From an uncultured Verrucomicrobiota bacterium (GTDB lineage Bacteria; Verrucomicrobiota; Kiritimatiellia; CAIVKH01), in contig CAYYAR010000016.1 of assembly GCA_964470065.1 (NCBI GenBank), positions 5,080 to 69,079 on the forward strand: DNA of 64,000 nt, read 5' to 3'. The position numbers and the translations under genes are program-made. Of this stretch, positions 18,731-29,367 are shown in pieces. Each line of letters begins with the position of its first letter. The stretch's first letter is position 1. The notes below the pieces were generated by a model. That model did not search any database. It saw only the letters and a program-made list of their open reading frames with translations, and had not been told where the DNA came from.

Positions 18731-20026
18731 TCAGCCCCGCTTCGCGCCTTTACCCGCCGGTTCGGATAGCGCGAGCAACAAACCCAGCATGGCCAGCGTG
18801 GTCACCAGACTGCTGCCACCGTGGCTGATCAGCGGCAAGGTGATCCCGGTCAGCGGGATCGCTTTCGTCACCCCGCCGATGTTCATCAAGGTCTGCAGGG
18901 CCAACATGGCGGTAAGACCGGCGGCCAGCGCCTGGGCAAACGGCGACTTCATTTGATCGGCAATACGGAAGCCGCGATAGAAGATCATCACATACACCAG
19001 CACCAGCAAAACGCAACCGACAAAGCCCAACTCCTCGGCGAATGCCGCATACACAAAATCCGACGTGGCGATCGGAACAATCGCGGGCGAACCCGCTCCC
19101 CAACCGCTTCCCCACATGCCGCCGGTGAACATCGCGGAGAGCGATTGCAAAATTTGCCAGCCATGGCCGGTGGGATCGGCAAACGGATCGATCCAGACCT
19201 GATAGCGCACCCGCGCATGGGAAAACAATGGCAGGCCCGCATAGCCCGCCAGCGCGGCCGCCCCGCCACCAAGGAATAGATAACCCCAGCGTCCGGTGAC
19301 CATGAACAGCAGGACCAGAAAAACCGTATTCAACAAAATGATCATCCCCAGATCACGCTGCGCCATCAGCAATCCCATCGGCAACAACCACAATACACCC
19401 AGCGTGATCAACGATTGCGCGGGCGGCGCCGGAATCCCCGCCACGGTTTGTTGCAGCGGCTTGCGATATACGGTGATAACCCCGGCCATGAAAATCACCA
19501 GCAATAATTTGACCAACTCGGCGGGATTGATGTGGCCGGCGAGAAACACGGCGCCGCGAAAGCGTTGACCCGTGACAACAATAAAACCAAGCACACCCAC
19601 CGCGATGATGAGCGAAGGCAACGCCCACTTGGCCAGGATGGCATGCCGTCCCTGACGGAATATCATCCACGCGAGGAAAAACGAGATCAGCCCCAACGCA
19701 TACGCCAGCGTCGAGGCACGCGTGGTGTCCGTCACCACCAAGGTGCCCAGGCGCGATTGCACCAGAAATCCAAGACCGGTGAGAAGCAACACCAGCGGCA
19801 CGAGCACCCGGTCGCCCTTGAAGCCGGAAAAACCAAACACCAACCAGGCCAGCAAGCACGAACCGGCAAGCACGCCCAGCGAAATCAAATCGCCGGTCAT
19901 GATCTCCGGCACATTTGCCCATCGCGCCGCCATCACCATCAACCACCCGGCCGTCAACACAACCAGAACCAGCAGGTACAACATGCCCTCTCGCGGCGAG
20001 GATCCCCTGGCACGCTTCGCGGTCAT
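18731..20026 (-). CDS. rodA: FtsW/RodA/SpoVE family peptidoglycan polymerase (RodA by context)
   Basis: Polytopic SEDS protein (ITLPLISHGGSS C-terminal motif). ATGA start/stop overlap with the upstream PBP2 gene. Confidence 0.85.
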   Translation of the reverse strand: MTAKRARGSSPREGMLYLLVLVVLTAGWLMVMAARWANVPEIMTGDLISLGVLAGSCLLAWLVFGFSGFKGDRVLVPLVLLLTGLGFLVQSRLGTLVVTDTTRASTLAYALGLISFFLAWMIFRQGRHAILAKWALPSLIIAVGVLGFIVVTGQRFRGAVFLAGHINPAELVKLLLVIFMAGVITVYRKPLQQTVAGIPAPPAQSLITLGVLWLLPMGLLMAQRDLGMIILLNTVFLVLLFMVTGRWGYLFLGGGAAALAGYAGLPLFSHARVRYQVWIDPFADPTGHGWQILQSLSAMFTGGMWGSGWGAGSPAIVPIATSDFVYAAFAEELGFVGCVLLVLVYVMIFYRGFRIADQMKSPFAQALAAGLTAMLALQTLMNIGGVTKAIPLTGITLPLISHGGSSLVTTLAMLGLLLALSEPAGKGAKRG

Positions 20027-21630
20027 GGCCTGGTCTCCGCTGGCACGGTCAGCATCCCGAGCGCCCGCGCTTTTTTCAACATGCCCACGGCGACCGGCAA
20101 CGCCGATTGCGAACCATAGCCCCCCTGCTCGATAACCACAGCAAACGCGAGCGCCGGGCGATCCACCGGCGCGAAGCCAATAAACCAGCCATGATCATCG
20201 CCATGCGGATTCTGGGCCGTGCCCGTCTTGCCGGCCACCGTCACGCCGTCCAACTTGGCCGCCCATCCGGTTCCCGCTTCCACCGCATAGCGCATCATGC
20301 CGGTCAGCGTGGCGGCGGTTTTTTCCGCCATCAGCGGCGGCAAGGCCCGCGGCGGCGCAGATGCATCCAGGCGAGGCGCCCATGCACGACCCCGCCCGGC
20401 AATCGCCGATGCCACCATCGCCATGTGCAACGGCGTCGTCACCATCGCGCCCTGCCCGATGGATACTTGTGCCGTTTGTGCCTTGCGATCGACCGTCAGC
20501 GCGGGAAATTGCGCCGCCGACGATACGATGCGCGCCGATGAACCTTCATGCACCACCCAGTTGGTCGTCATGCCAAATCGAACCGCCGTCGCGAATAGCT
20601 CATCACCACCGAGATCGACGCCGAGACGGGCAAAATAAATGTTCGAGGATTTTGCCAGCGCCTCGCGCATGCCGAGCACGCCGTGACCACGCCACGCCCG
20701 GCCCTCTCGCTTGCGGTCGTAGTATTCATGATCGCGAATCGGCTGATTGCCCGTGCCAAAACGCATGCCCTCGCCCGGACAATCGTAGGAAGGATGCAGC
20801 CCCGCTTCGAGCGCCGCCGCCGCCACCAGCACCTTGAAGGTCGAACCCGGCGGATACAATCCTTGCCACGCACGGTTGAACATCCGCTGATCGGGATCGT
20901 TTCGATTCATCATCGCCGACGACAATTCATTGGGATTGAACGAGGGTGAACTGCAGATCGCAACGATGGCGCCGTTTGCCGTATCCAGCACCACGGCGGC
21001 GCCGCGACGGTCTTTCATCAACGAGAATAATTCACGCTGCAAATCCGCGCGCAAGGTGAGCCGGACATCACTTCCGCTCAACCCGCTGGCCCGGAGCAGG
21101 TTCTTGCGGAACACCTCGCGCTCGACCTCGCTGGCGCGGGTCAGCCCCTGCAGCGTGGCATTCTCCGCCGCCTCGACGCCAAACAGGCCGAACACCGGAT
21201 GGTCATACCCGATGACATGGGCGAAGGCCGGACCGCCGGGATATAATCGCCGCCCGGGCACCCCGGGCTCATCCAGCGCCAACGCCACGCCGGTGGCATC
21301 GTAAATTGTCCCGCGGATCATGCGGGCCGTCGGACTTTCCGGGCGCCGGTTGTAACGGGACATGAACTCCACAAATTCCGGCCGCACAAAACCGGCGATC
21401 TGCCAGCTGGCCTGATACGCGAGCACGCCGATAAACAGCAACAGGATCACCACGAAAAAAATCCGGTTCGCACGCGTGACCGTCCGGACCTGTCCGCGCG
21501 CGAACGATCGCGATAGCGCGGCGAGCATGAAAAAACCCAGCGCGATCCAGAAGCCGACTTTCAGCGCCGGCATCCACTGGATCAATTCATCCGGCGAGCG
21601 CAGCAAGGAGATATGATTGGTCCACGACAC
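20023..21630 (-). CDS. mrdA: Penicillin-binding protein 2 (class B transpeptidase)
   Basis: PGSTFK (SxxK), SSN and KTGTA motifs, with an N-terminal TM. The track start at 21630 is GTG; ATG at 21573 is an alternative. Confidence 0.85.
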   Translation of the reverse strand: MSWTNHISLLRSPDELIQWMPALKVGFWIALGFFMLAALSRSFARGQVRTVTRANRIFFVVILLLFIGVLAYQASWQIAGFVRPEFVEFMSRYNRRPESPTARMIRGTIYDATGVALALDEPGVPGRRLYPGGPAFAHVIGYDHPVFGLFGVEAAENATLQGLTRASEVEREVFRKNLLRASGLSGSDVRLTLRADLQRELFSLMKDRRGAAVVLDTANGAIVAICSSPSFNPNELSSAMMNRNDPDQRMFNRAWQGLYPPGSTFKVLVAAAALEAGLHPSYDCPGEGMRFGTGNQPIRDHEYYDRKREGRAWRGHGVLGMREALAKSSNIYFARLGVDLGGDELFATAVRFGMTTNWVVHEGSSARIVSSAAQFPALTVDRKAQTAQVSIGQGAMVTTPLHMAMVASAIAGRGRAWAPRLDASAPPRALPPLMAEKTAATLTGMMRYAVEAGTGWAAKLDGVTVAGKTGTAQNPHGDDHGWFIGFAPVDRPALAFAVVIEQGGYGSQSALPVAVGMLKKARALGMLTVPAETRP

Positions 21631-21703
21631 CGCGCCACTCCATCATCCTGCACGGCGCAAATCAAGAGTTGATTCGACTTCCGGCGCGGGGCAAACTCCG
21701 CCC

Positions 21704-23215
21704 ATGAAAAATTGGATTTCTTCCGCCATTATTTATCAAATCAACCTTCGCTCCCTCGCGCACCGTGAACCGCGCAACGCTTTCGAAATGGCCAAGGAAA
21801 AGCCGCTGGATGAATCGCCGCTGGCCTATGTGACCCGGAACCTTCCGTTGATCCGCCGCCTCGGCGCGAATGTGTTGTACTTCATGCCGCCATATCCGAT
21901 CGGTCACGCCTTCCGCAAAGGGATTGGTTCGCCCTACTCCATCCGCGATTTCCAGTCGATCGAACCCGAATACGGCACGCTCGAGGATATGAAGGTGCTT
22001 GTGAAGCGCGCCCACAAACTCGGCTTCAAGGTGATCTTCGACATCACCCCCAACCATACCAGCCGCGATCATGTGTGGGTCAGCGAGCATCCGGACTATT
22101 ACGTGAAGCGCGAAAACGGCGATATTTTCTACGATTGCGACTGGTCCGACACCGCCAAACTCGACTACACGCAACCCGGACTTCGCCGGGCCATGCAGGA
22201 CATCTACGATTACTGGCTGGGCTTTCTCGGCCCCGATGAGCAGGGAAATCCCGACGGCGTCGACGGATTCCGCCTCGATATGGCCCATTTTATCAACGAC
22301 AAGAGTTTCTGGAACGACGCGATGCCCGTGCTCAAGAAAAAGCACGCGGCGCGTCACCTTCTTTTCCTCGCCGAGTGCTATGGTTTGAACAACAATCTCG
22401 ACTTGTTTGCCCGTGGCATCAACGCCGCATACGATGACGACTTCTACAAGAACTGCCAGTATCTCTATGGCGTGACGGACGACACCTATGAGACACGCAT
22501 CGTTCCCGAGGAGGGCCTCGAGCGCAATCACGATTACCGCGACCGTTACGAGGCTTTCCAGAAGAGCGGCATCGCCGCGGCTTTCGAGACGGCGATCATG
22601 AATTACGAATCGCGATCGAAAGGCGACGACGCTCCGCATGTGGCGCGATATACGGATAACCACGACGAGGGTCGCGGCATGTATCTGTTTGGTGAAGGCG
22701 CGGTTCGCGCGATCAACGCGCTGATTTTTCTGGCCCCCCACACCTTGCCGTTCATCCTCACCGGCGAGGAATTCGGCGCACTGAACCGTCCACCGATTCA
22801 CGATCGCATGAACCCGATCGGCAAGCGCCGGCGCCTGGTTGCGGCCGATGGCAACGTGCGCGGACAGGAGTCGGTCGAGTTTGAGGGCAATGTGTGCCTG
22901 CGTGATTTTCAGGCCCGGCAGAGCCTGTACGAATTTTTCCGCACACTGATTCATCTCCGTCAGAAAAACCCTGCGTTGCACAAAGGATCGTTCGAGCTGA
23001 TCGATGCCGGTGAAGTTTGTGCTCCCGGCCAGCGCGCCGTAATCGCCTTCCGACGCAAACATCGCCAGCACACCCTGGTGTGCGCGGTCAACCTCGGACC
23101 GGAACCGCGAAGACTCACCCAAGCGAACCTCTTGCACGAGGGAACACGGCTCTACGGAGGCCTGGACGGGGATGTGTTGGCTCCATTTGCCGCCGTGGTG
23201 GTCGAATTGCGTTAA
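21704..23215 (+). CDS. GH13 alpha-amylase family glycoside hydrolase
   Basis: DITPNHTS (region I), GFRLDMAHF (region II, nucleophile Asp), FLAECYG (region III Glu), YTDNHD (region IV). ATG at 21704 (MKNWISSAIIYQIN) preferred over the TTG at 21617. Confidence 0.8.
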   Translation: MKNWISSAIIYQINLRSLAHREPRNAFEMAKEKPLDESPLAYVTRNLPLIRRLGANVLYFMPPYPIGHAFRKGIGSPYSIRDFQSIEPEYGTLEDMKVLVKRAHKLGFKVIFDITPNHTSRDHVWVSEHPDYYVKRENGDIFYDCDWSDTAKLDYTQPGLRRAMQDIYDYWLGFLGPDEQGNPDGVDGFRLDMAHFINDKSFWNDAMPVLKKKHAARHLLFLAECYGLNNNLDLFARGINAAYDDDFYKNCQYLYGVTDDTYETRIVPEEGLERNHDYRDRYEAFQKSGIAAAFETAIMNYESRSKGDDAPHVARYTDNHDEGRGMYLFGEGAVRAINALIFLAPHTLPFILTGEEFGALNRPPIHDRMNPIGKRRRLVAADGNVRGQESVEFEGNVCLRDFQARQSLYEFFRTLIHLRQKNPALHKGSFELIDAGEVCAPGQRAVIAFRRKHRQHTLVCAVNLGPEPRRLTQANLLHEGTRLYGGLDGDVLAPFAAVVVELR

Positions 23216-23267
23216 TTGTGCGACCACCCCGGAGCGATAACTTTATTGTTCACAAACCGGATATTGC

Positions 23268-23283
23268 GCTACAATATTGTAGC
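23268..23283. promoter_or_regulatory. Perfect 16-bp palindrome GCTACAATATTGTAGC (candidate enhancer-binding-protein site)
   Basis: Centred about 108 bp upstream of the -24 GG of the sigma-54 promoter at 23383. A second 13-bp palindrome, GTTCAT-T-ATGAAC, lies at 23336..23348. Confidence 0.35.
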
Positions 23284-23382
23284 ATTATGCCGTCGACCAC
23301 CGCGTAGCGGGGCTGGATAATCTGTATCGTTAATCGTTCATTATGAACCTGATACATCTAAACGACAGCATCTATCCATCTT

Positions 23383-23398
23383 TGGCACGTTTATTGCT
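23383..23398 (+). promoter_or_regulatory. Sigma-54 (-24/-12) promoter
   Basis: TGGCACGTTTATTGCT matches TGGCACG-N4-TTGCW exactly, with GG at 23384-5 and GC at 23396-7 (12-nt register). It lies about 97 nt upstream of the glnN ATG and in the same orientation. Confidence 0.7.
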
Positions 23399-23494
23399 TT
23401 TCTGTTAGACACTTGAAATAATCAAGAAACGGATGACGCTTTATGAGCGTGAGTATCCATTTGAAGTAAACGTTAACAGAAAGGACAGCGAGTG

Positions 23495-25678
23495 ATGAAG
23501 TCGAACAATGCCCGGCAGGCCGCAATTGCTGCGGTCACAAACTACAAACCAACCACCCCGCCGTTGAATTTCCGCGAAACATCGGCCGACCAGATCTTTG
23601 GTTGCAATGTATTTAGCGACAAGGTCATGCGGGACCGTCTGCCCAAGAACGTTTACAAGTCGTTGCGCAAGACGATCAAGAACGGTGAGAAGCTTGATCC
23701 GATGGTGGCCGACATCGTCGCTCAGGCGATGAAGGAATGGGCGATCAGCAAAGGCGCCACGCACTACGCGCACGTCTTCCAGCCGCTGACCGGCATGACG
23801 GCCGAGAAGCATGACAGCTTTTTGAATCCGGACGGCAACGACGGCGCCCTCACCGAATTCACGGGTAAGCAGTTGATCCAGGGCGAGCCCGATGCCTCCT
23901 CCTTCCCCTCCGGCGGTATTCGCGCCACGTTTGAAGCTCGCGGCTACACGGCATGGGACGTGACCAGCCCAGCGTATATTCTGGAAAATCCGAATGGCAC
24001 TACGCTGTGCATTCCCACCGCGTTCTGCTCTTGGACGGGCGAAGCGCTCGATAAAAAGACGCCGGTTCTGCGTTCGATGCAGGCGCTGAACAAGCAAGCG
24101 CAGCGCATCCTGAAGCTTTTCGGTCACAAGGATCCCGGCTATGTGTTCGCCACGGCGGGACCGGAGCAGGAGTACTTCCTGATCGATCGCAATTTCTTCT
24201 TCGCCCGCCCCGACTTGTCGATCGGTGGTCGCTCGCTGTTCGGCGCCAAGCCGGCCAAGGGTCAGGAATTCGAGGATCAATACTTCGGCACCATCCCCGA
24301 GCGCGTGCTGGCCTGCATGCTGGATGTGGAGCGTGAGCTATTCAAACTCGGCGTGCCGGTGAAAACCCGTCACAACGAAGTGGCGCCCAGCCAGTACGAA
24401 ATCGCCCCGGTGTATGAAAACGCCAACGTGGCCGCCGATCACCAGCACCTGGTGATGATCACCCTGAAACGCGTAGCCGAAAAATACGGCCTCGCCTGCC
24501 TGCTCGCTGAGAAGCCTTTTGCCGGCATCAACGGATCGGGCAAACACTTGAACTGGTCGCTTGGCACGTCGAGCGCGAACCTGCTCGAGCCCGGCCACAA
24601 CCCGCATGACAATATGCAATTCCTGGTGTTCTGCTCCGCGGTGATCCGCGCCGTGCACGAATACTCGGAACTGCTGCGCGTCGCCGTCGCTCACGCCGGC
24701 AACGATCATCGCCTCGGCGCCAACGAAGCGCCCCCGGCCATCATCTCGATCTTCCTGGGTGACATGCTCACGGATATCTTCGAGCAGATTGAGAAAGGTG
24801 GCGCCAAGAAGTCTAAGACCGGCGGCACCATGGAAATCGGCGTGGACGTGCTCCCGCCTCTTCCGAAAGATGCCGGCGATCGCAACCGCACCAGCCCGTT
24901 CGCCTTCACCGGCAACAAGTTCGAATTCCGCGCGGTCGGCTCAAGTCAGTCGATTTCGGGTCCGCTCGTGATTCTCAATACGATTGTCGCGGAGTCGCTG
25001 GATTACATCGCCACCGAACTCGAGAAGGCCACCAAGGGCGACGCCAAGAAGCTCAACGGCGCCGTGAAAAAGCTGCTGCAGGACATCATCAGAAAGCACA
25101 AAGCCGTCATCTTCAATGGCGATGGCTACTCGGAAGCATGGCACAAGGAAGCGGCCAAGCGTGGATTGCCGAATCTCCGCAACACCGTGGACGCTCTCGC
25201 TGCCGTGACCGGCAACAAGAAGTACGCCAACCTGTTCGACAAGTACGATGTGCTCAGCCCACGCGAATTGGCCTCCCGCAACGAAATCTACACCGAGCGC
25301 TACTGCAAGGACATCAACACGGAAGCGTTGTTGTGCCACGATATCGCCAAGTCTCAGATTCTTCCGGCAGCCTACCGCTACCAGAGAGAATTGGCCGGCA
25401 CCGCGAATTCGCTCGCCGCGCTTGGTCGCAAAGCCGACACCAAGTCGCTGGACAGCGTGTGCAAGCTGGTGACCGGTCTCGAAGGCGCGATCGAAGATCT
25501 CGAGCATGCTCTCGCCCACAAGGCGGAAGGCTCCACACTGGATCACGCCCGCCACTACCGTGACGAAGTCATGCCGGCCATGCTGGCGATCCGCAAGATC
25601 GCCGATCAGTTGGAAGGCATCATCGCCGACGACCTGTGGCCGTTGCCCACCTATCAGGAAATACTGTTCATCAAATAA
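23495..25678 (+). CDS. glnN: Type III glutamine synthetase
   Basis: About 727 aa, the length class of GSIII, with N-terminal [23 protein letters not shown] and a central GS catalytic core ([22 protein letters not shown]). The track start is GTG at 23492, immediately followed by ATG at 23495. Confidence 0.9.
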   Translation: MKSNNARQAAIAAVTNYKPTTPPLNFRETSADQIFGCNVFSDKVMRDRLPKNVYKSLRKTIKNGEKLDPMVADIVAQAMKEWAISKGATHYAHVFQPLTGMTAEKHDSFLNPDGNDGALTEFTGKQLIQGEPDASSFPSGGIRATFEARGYTAWDVTSPAYILENPNGTTLCIPTAFCSWTGEALDKKTPVLRSMQALNKQAQRILKLFGHKDPGYVFATAGPEQEYFLIDRNFFFARPDLSIGGRSLFGAKPAKGQEFEDQYFGTIPERVLACMLDVERELFKLGVPVKTRHNEVAPSQYEIAPVYENANVAADHQHLVMITLKRVAEKYGLACLLAEKPFAGINGSGKHLNWSLGTSSANLLEPGHNPHDNMQFLVFCSAVIRAVHEYSELLRVAVAHAGNDHRLGANEAPPAIISIFLGDMLTDIFEQIEKGGAKKSKTGGTMEIGVDVLPPLPKDAGDRNRTSPFAFTGNKFEFRAVGSSQSISGPLVILNTIVAESLDYIATELEKATKGDAKKLNGAVKKLLQDIIRKHKAVIFNGDGYSEAWHKEAAKRGLPNLRNTVDALAAVTGNKKYANLFDKYDVLSPRELASRNEIYTERYCKDINTEALLCHDIAKSQILPAAYRYQRELAGTANSLAALGRKADTKSLDSVCKLVTGLEGAIEDLEHALAHKAEGSTLDHARHYRDEVMPAMLAIRKIADQLEGIIADDLWPLPTYQEILFIK

Positions 25679-25701
25679 CGTCTCTCCGGACGCCCTATGC
25701 G

Positions 25702-25733
25702 AAAGCCCCGCCGGCAACGGCGGGGCTTTTTTC
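25702..25733 (+). terminator. Rho-independent terminator of glnN
   Basis: AGCCCCGCCG-gcaa-CGGCGGGGCT, a 10-bp GC stem with a tetraloop followed by TTTTTT, 24 nt after the stop codon. Confidence 0.85.
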
Positions 25734-25754
25734 GTCCCGGTATGATCGCGACAC

Positions 25755-25842
25755 TGAATCCTGATTCTGATCTTCATCGTAATCGTAATCTGGATTATGA
25801 ATATGATTATGATTAAGAATAGAATGCAGGGATTATGATTGC
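25755..25842. repeat. Degenerate hexamer-periodic AT-rich tract (GATTAT/GAATAT/AATCGT units)
   Basis: About 14 consecutive 6-nt units: GATTCT GATCTT CATCGT AATCGT AATCTG GATTAT GAATAT GATTAT GATTAA GAATAG AATGCA GGGATT ATGATT. The exact octamer GATTATGA occurs 3 times (25793, 25805, 25831). Confidence 0.5.
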
Positions 25843-25851
25843 AAAAAGCGA

Positions 25852-28026
25852 ATGAACCACCTCGCCGGACAAACCAGCCCCTACCTGCTTCAGCACATCC
25901 ACAATCCTGTGGACTGGTATCCCTGGAGCGATGAGGCACTGCGCAAAGCCCGCGCAGAGGACAAACCGATCTTTCTGTCCATCGGTTACTCGGCCTGTCA
26001 CTGGTGCCATGTCATGGCCCATGAATCATTCGAAGATGCGGATGTGGCGGAAATACTAAATCGCGAATTCGTCAGCATCAAAATGGATCGCGAGGAGTTT
26101 CCGGATCTTGATCACCTGTATATGACCGCCACCAGCTTGATGACCGGACGAGGCGGATGGCCCAATTCGGTTTGGCTCATGCCGGACGGGCGACCATGGT
26201 ACGCGGGCACCTACTTTCCGCGCGAGGATCAACCCGGCCGGATGGGCTTCAAATCATTGCTGCGACAGTTGACACATCTCTGGAAAACACAACGGGAGAA
26301 AGTGAACAACCAAGCCGGCGTCCTCACCAAGGCCATACAGGATGAGGAAGTCATCCGGCCCTGCGAAAAGGTGGCTGGCTGGGGACCCGATGAGTGGGCG
26401 CGGCATGTGCAACATCATTTTCAGTCTCGCTTTGATGCCACTCACGGCGGTTTCGGTGATGCGCCAAAATTTCCGCCGCACAGCGGTTTGCTTCTGTTGC
26501 TGGATACGCTGGACTGGGCGCCGGACGGCGAGGTGGTGACCATGATCCAATCCACGCTGGATGCCATGGCGAGTGGCGGCATACACGATCAGATCGGTGG
26601 TGGATTTCATCGCTACTCAACCGACGAGCGTTGGCATCTGCCGCATTTCGAGAAGATGCTGTATGACAACGCGCTCCTGCTGAACCTATACGCCAAAGCC
26701 GCCCGCCGGTTCAACCGGCCGACCTACCGGCGCGTCGCGCAAGGGATCATCGCGTGGGTCGCCCGCGAGATGACGCATCCCGAGGGAGGCTTTTTCGCCG
26801 CACTCGATGCCGATAGCGAAGGCGAAGAGGGCCTCTATTACACGTGGACCGCGGACGAGTTGAAAACGCACATTGATTCATCCCGGATCGAGTCATTCTC
26901 CCGCACCTATCAGATTTGTACCGATGGAAACTATCACGATGAAGCCACGGGACATAGCACGGGCCGCAACATTCCGGATATGATCATGTGGACCGGAGAG
27001 GATGCAATCGCCGAGCTCAAGGATGTGCGGGAGCATTTACTGAACATTCGGATGACCCGTATACCGCCGGGCCTTGATCATAAAATCATCACGGCCTGGA
27101 ACGGGCTCATGATCAGCGGACTGGCATTAGCCGCGCGCGAACTTAATGACGCGTCCATCCTGACGATGGCCGTGCAGGCGCGAAAATTTATCGACCGTCA
27201 TCTTGTGCAAGGAGACCGGTTGTCCCGCTGCTGGGCGCAAACGTCATCGGTGCAGGAAGGAAGACTGGAAGATTATGCCGCCCTCGCCTGCGCGGATCTC
27301 GATTTGTATGAAGTGACCGGCAAGGAGAAATATCGCACATCCGCTCGTCGTTGGATCAACGCGCTGGCAGAAAAGTTTCGCGATCCCGCCACAGACGAGT
27401 TGTTTATGTCGGCAGGCAAAGGCCCGGTGGCGGAACTGCGACCAAAGGATGCGTTTGACCAGGGATCGCCTTCCGGCGCCGGATTGGCCATCCAAGCGAT
27501 GATTCGGCTCGGCGTTCTCGAAGAGGATCACGCCCTGATCCGGATGGCCGTGCGGTCCGCCGCCACATGTCATCATGCCATGCACCGGGCCCCATCCATG
27601 ACCTCCACCCTGATTCAAGGACTGCTGCACGCTGGTGATTATCTGCGAACCGCAACGGTGGGCGTGTCCTTCCAGCTCGATCCCGGCATGATTTCGTTCG
27701 GAAATGGTAAAACCGCGCAAGCGCAACTACGCGCACAATTTCCGGAGGGTTGGTATTTGAATGAGATTTATCATCGCCAGGGCGGCCGCGCGAGCGCAGT
27801 GGCGATAAATTGGAAAGACGACAGCCTGCCAGTCACGGTGCAACTCACGACCACAAACAAAACCACCTGGGACGTTCGATTCGAGCGGAAATGCGGCGCG
27901 ACGATATTGCCCGCGACGGCGAAACTGGAGATTCATTTTCAAGCCTGCACGCCAGCGGAGTGCCTTCCCGGGGATCGTTGTTTAATTGACGTGGAATTCA
28001 CGTCCTCGGCTGGAAATGGACGATGA
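25852..28026 (+). CDS. Thioredoxin-domain protein, DUF255/YyaL family (N-terminal Trx-like plus (alpha/alpha)6 domain)
   Basis: [17 protein letters not shown]...[21 protein letters not shown] is the hallmark N-terminus of this family. Confidence 0.85.
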   Translation: MNHLAGQTSPYLLQHIHNPVDWYPWSDEALRKARAEDKPIFLSIGYSACHWCHVMAHESFEDADVAEILNREFVSIKMDREEFPDLDHLYMTATSLMTGRGGWPNSVWLMPDGRPWYAGTYFPREDQPGRMGFKSLLRQLTHLWKTQREKVNNQAGVLTKAIQDEEVIRPCEKVAGWGPDEWARHVQHHFQSRFDATHGGFGDAPKFPPHSGLLLLLDTLDWAPDGEVVTMIQSTLDAMASGGIHDQIGGGFHRYSTDERWHLPHFEKMLYDNALLLNLYAKAARRFNRPTYRRVAQGIIAWVAREMTHPEGGFFAALDADSEGEEGLYYTWTADELKTHIDSSRIESFSRTYQICTDGNYHDEATGHSTGRNIPDMIMWTGEDAIAELKDVREHLLNIRMTRIPPGLDHKIITAWNGLMISGLALAARELNDASILTMAVQARKFIDRHLVQGDRLSRCWAQTSSVQEGRLEDYAALACADLDLYEVTGKEKYRTSARRWINALAEKFRDPATDELFMSAGKGPVAELRPKDAFDQGSPSGAGLAIQAMIRLGVLEEDHALIRMAVRSAATCHHAMHRAPSMTSTLIQGLLHAGDYLRTATVGVSFQLDPGMISFGNGKTAQAQLRAQFPEGWYLNEIYHRQGGRASAVAINWKDDSLPVTVQLTTTNKTTWDVRFERKCGATILPATAKLEIHFQACTPAECLPGDRCLIDVEFTSSAGNGR

Positions 28027-28080
28027 TGACGTCAAGCCGGGCGCAGCATCTCGCGGGGGCCCGGGGCGAACACGCCGGAA

Positions 28081-29154
28081 TTAGCCGCGTTGTTTTGCCT
28101 GGCGTTTTGTCGCGCGTGACGCGAGCATCAGATTGATCAGACGATACAACAAACGCGCCCCCACATTCGCATCCCACTCGTCACGACCGGGACTGACCTC
28201 GTTGATATCGAGGCCGATAATGCGACGACCCGAGTCGACCACGGCTTGAACGAGACGAATCGCTTCCTCGAATTCAAATCCGCCCGGCACCGGAGTGCCG
28301 GTGTTCGGACATAATTTCGGATCAAGTCCGTCGATATCAAAACTCACATACACCTCGCGGGGCAGCGAACGAATGATGGCGCGATGGATGGCGTCAACCG
28401 GCTTGCCTTGATAAAGCGCCGCCTTGATATCACGGTCATAATGCGTCACGACCCGGCCCCGGGCGCGGCGAATGAACTCCACTTCCGCTTCGCAATAATC
28501 GCGGATTCCGGCCTGCACGAGCCGCTTGATCTGTGGAATTTTTAACGCATTGAACATGATCGATGCGTGGGAGTACGTGAATCCCTCGTAGGCATCGCGC
28601 AAATCAGCGTGGGCATCAATCTGCAACACGCCGAACGACCGGTGACGTGCGGCCAGCGCCTGCAAAAATCCCAGCGGGGTGGAGTGGTCTCCGCCAACGA
28701 GCGCTACCGCCTTCCCGGCATCAAGATGGCGGGAGGTGCGTGTCTTGACTTCCTCCACCATGATCCGGCAACCCTCATTCACGGATGCCGTCAATTTGCG
28801 CACAGCCGGATCGCCGGGTGATTTTCCCTTCTCCTGCATGCCAATGCATCGCGCGGCCTGTGAACGCAAGATGCGACTTCGCGCCGCCATACCGGCGGGT
28901 ATTTTCTCCATCGCGATGCCTTGCTTCCATCCCCCGGGCAGCACCGGATCAAACAAATCGATTTGCCGCGATGCGTCCAGCATGGCCGCTGGACCGCGCA
29001 AGGTGCCCCCGCCGTACGAAACCGTGACTTCCCACGGAACCGGAACAACGACGCATGCGGATTCCTCGACATCAAATGGCAAACCAAAAATGTTCGCATC
29101 CACTTGTCCGGGTCCATTGGGATCAAAGGCGGCAATTTTTTGCGATAGATTCAT
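28081..29154 (-). CDS. Arginase-family ureohydrolase (agmatinase/formimidoylglutamase-like)
   Basis: Mn-binding motifs GGDHS, QIDAHADL and SFDIDGLDP. ATG at 29154 (MNLSQKIAAF) preferred over the TTG track start at 29184. Confidence 0.8.
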   Translation of the reverse strand: MNLSQKIAAFDPNGPGQVDANIFGLPFDVEESACVVVPVPWEVTVSYGGGTLRGPAAMLDASRQIDLFDPVLPGGWKQGIAMEKIPAGMAARSRILRSQAARCIGMQEKGKSPGDPAVRKLTASVNEGCRIMVEEVKTRTSRHLDAGKAVALVGGDHSTPLGFLQALAARHRSFGVLQIDAHADLRDAYEGFTYSHASIMFNALKIPQIKRLVQAGIRDYCEAEVEFIRRARGRVVTHYDRDIKAALYQGKPVDAIHRAIIRSLPREVYVSFDIDGLDPKLCPNTGTPVPGGFEFEEAIRLVQAVVDSGRRIIGLDINEVSPGRDEWDANVGARLLYRLINLMLASRATKRQAKQRG

Positions 29155-29196
29155 CGCCGGATCTTCACTAGCTTGGCAAGGCAAGACGAGTAAAAA

Positions 29197-29367
29197 ATGA
29201 TACTGTGGATAGCCATCTTATTGCTGACCGACGCGGGATTTGCCTTGCTGAGCGAACATCGTATCCGATCGATGCTGCCGCGCTGGAACATCAAGAGCGT
29301 CGCCTTCATCGAGGCCGGGATCGCATTGATCCTCGTGGCGATTCATTTCGGAAGGCGTTTATTCTAG
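29197..29367 (+). CDS. Possible 56-aa two-TM membrane protein (below the ORF-track cutoff)
   Basis: Manual translation gives MILWIAILLLTDAGFALLSEHRIRSMLPRWNIKSVAFIEAGIALILVAIHFGRRLF. Two hydrophobic helices and moderately GC-rich third positions support it, but the SD is weak. Its TAG shares the CTAG tetranucleotide with the convergent pseudopilin stop. Confidence 0.35.
   Translation: MILWIAILLLTDAGFALLSEHRIRSMLPRWNIKSVAFIEAGIALILVAIHFGRRLF

Noticed and set aside
20041-20056. TGGCACGGTCAGCATC, a sigma-54-like string
   Set aside because: The GC element is 2 nt out of register, and the string lies inside the mrdA coding sequence.
23399-23494. Possible glutamine (glnA-motif) riboswitch in the glnN 5' leader
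   Set aside because: I found no match to the conserved GGAAGU / AAGGAACGC-type elements as I remember them. Only a weak 5-bp stem (ACGCT/AGCGT) is present.
25755-25842. CRISPR array or minisatellite
   Set aside because: The units are 6 nt and degenerate, with no repeat-spacer organisation, and no cas genes are in the window.
25828-25843. Sigma-54-like AGGGAT-N5-TTGCA immediately upstream of the DUF255 gene
   Set aside because: The -24 element is poor (GGGA rather than GGCA). The predicted TSS would also fall inside the ATG at 25852, which is the family-typical start ([15 protein letters not shown]).
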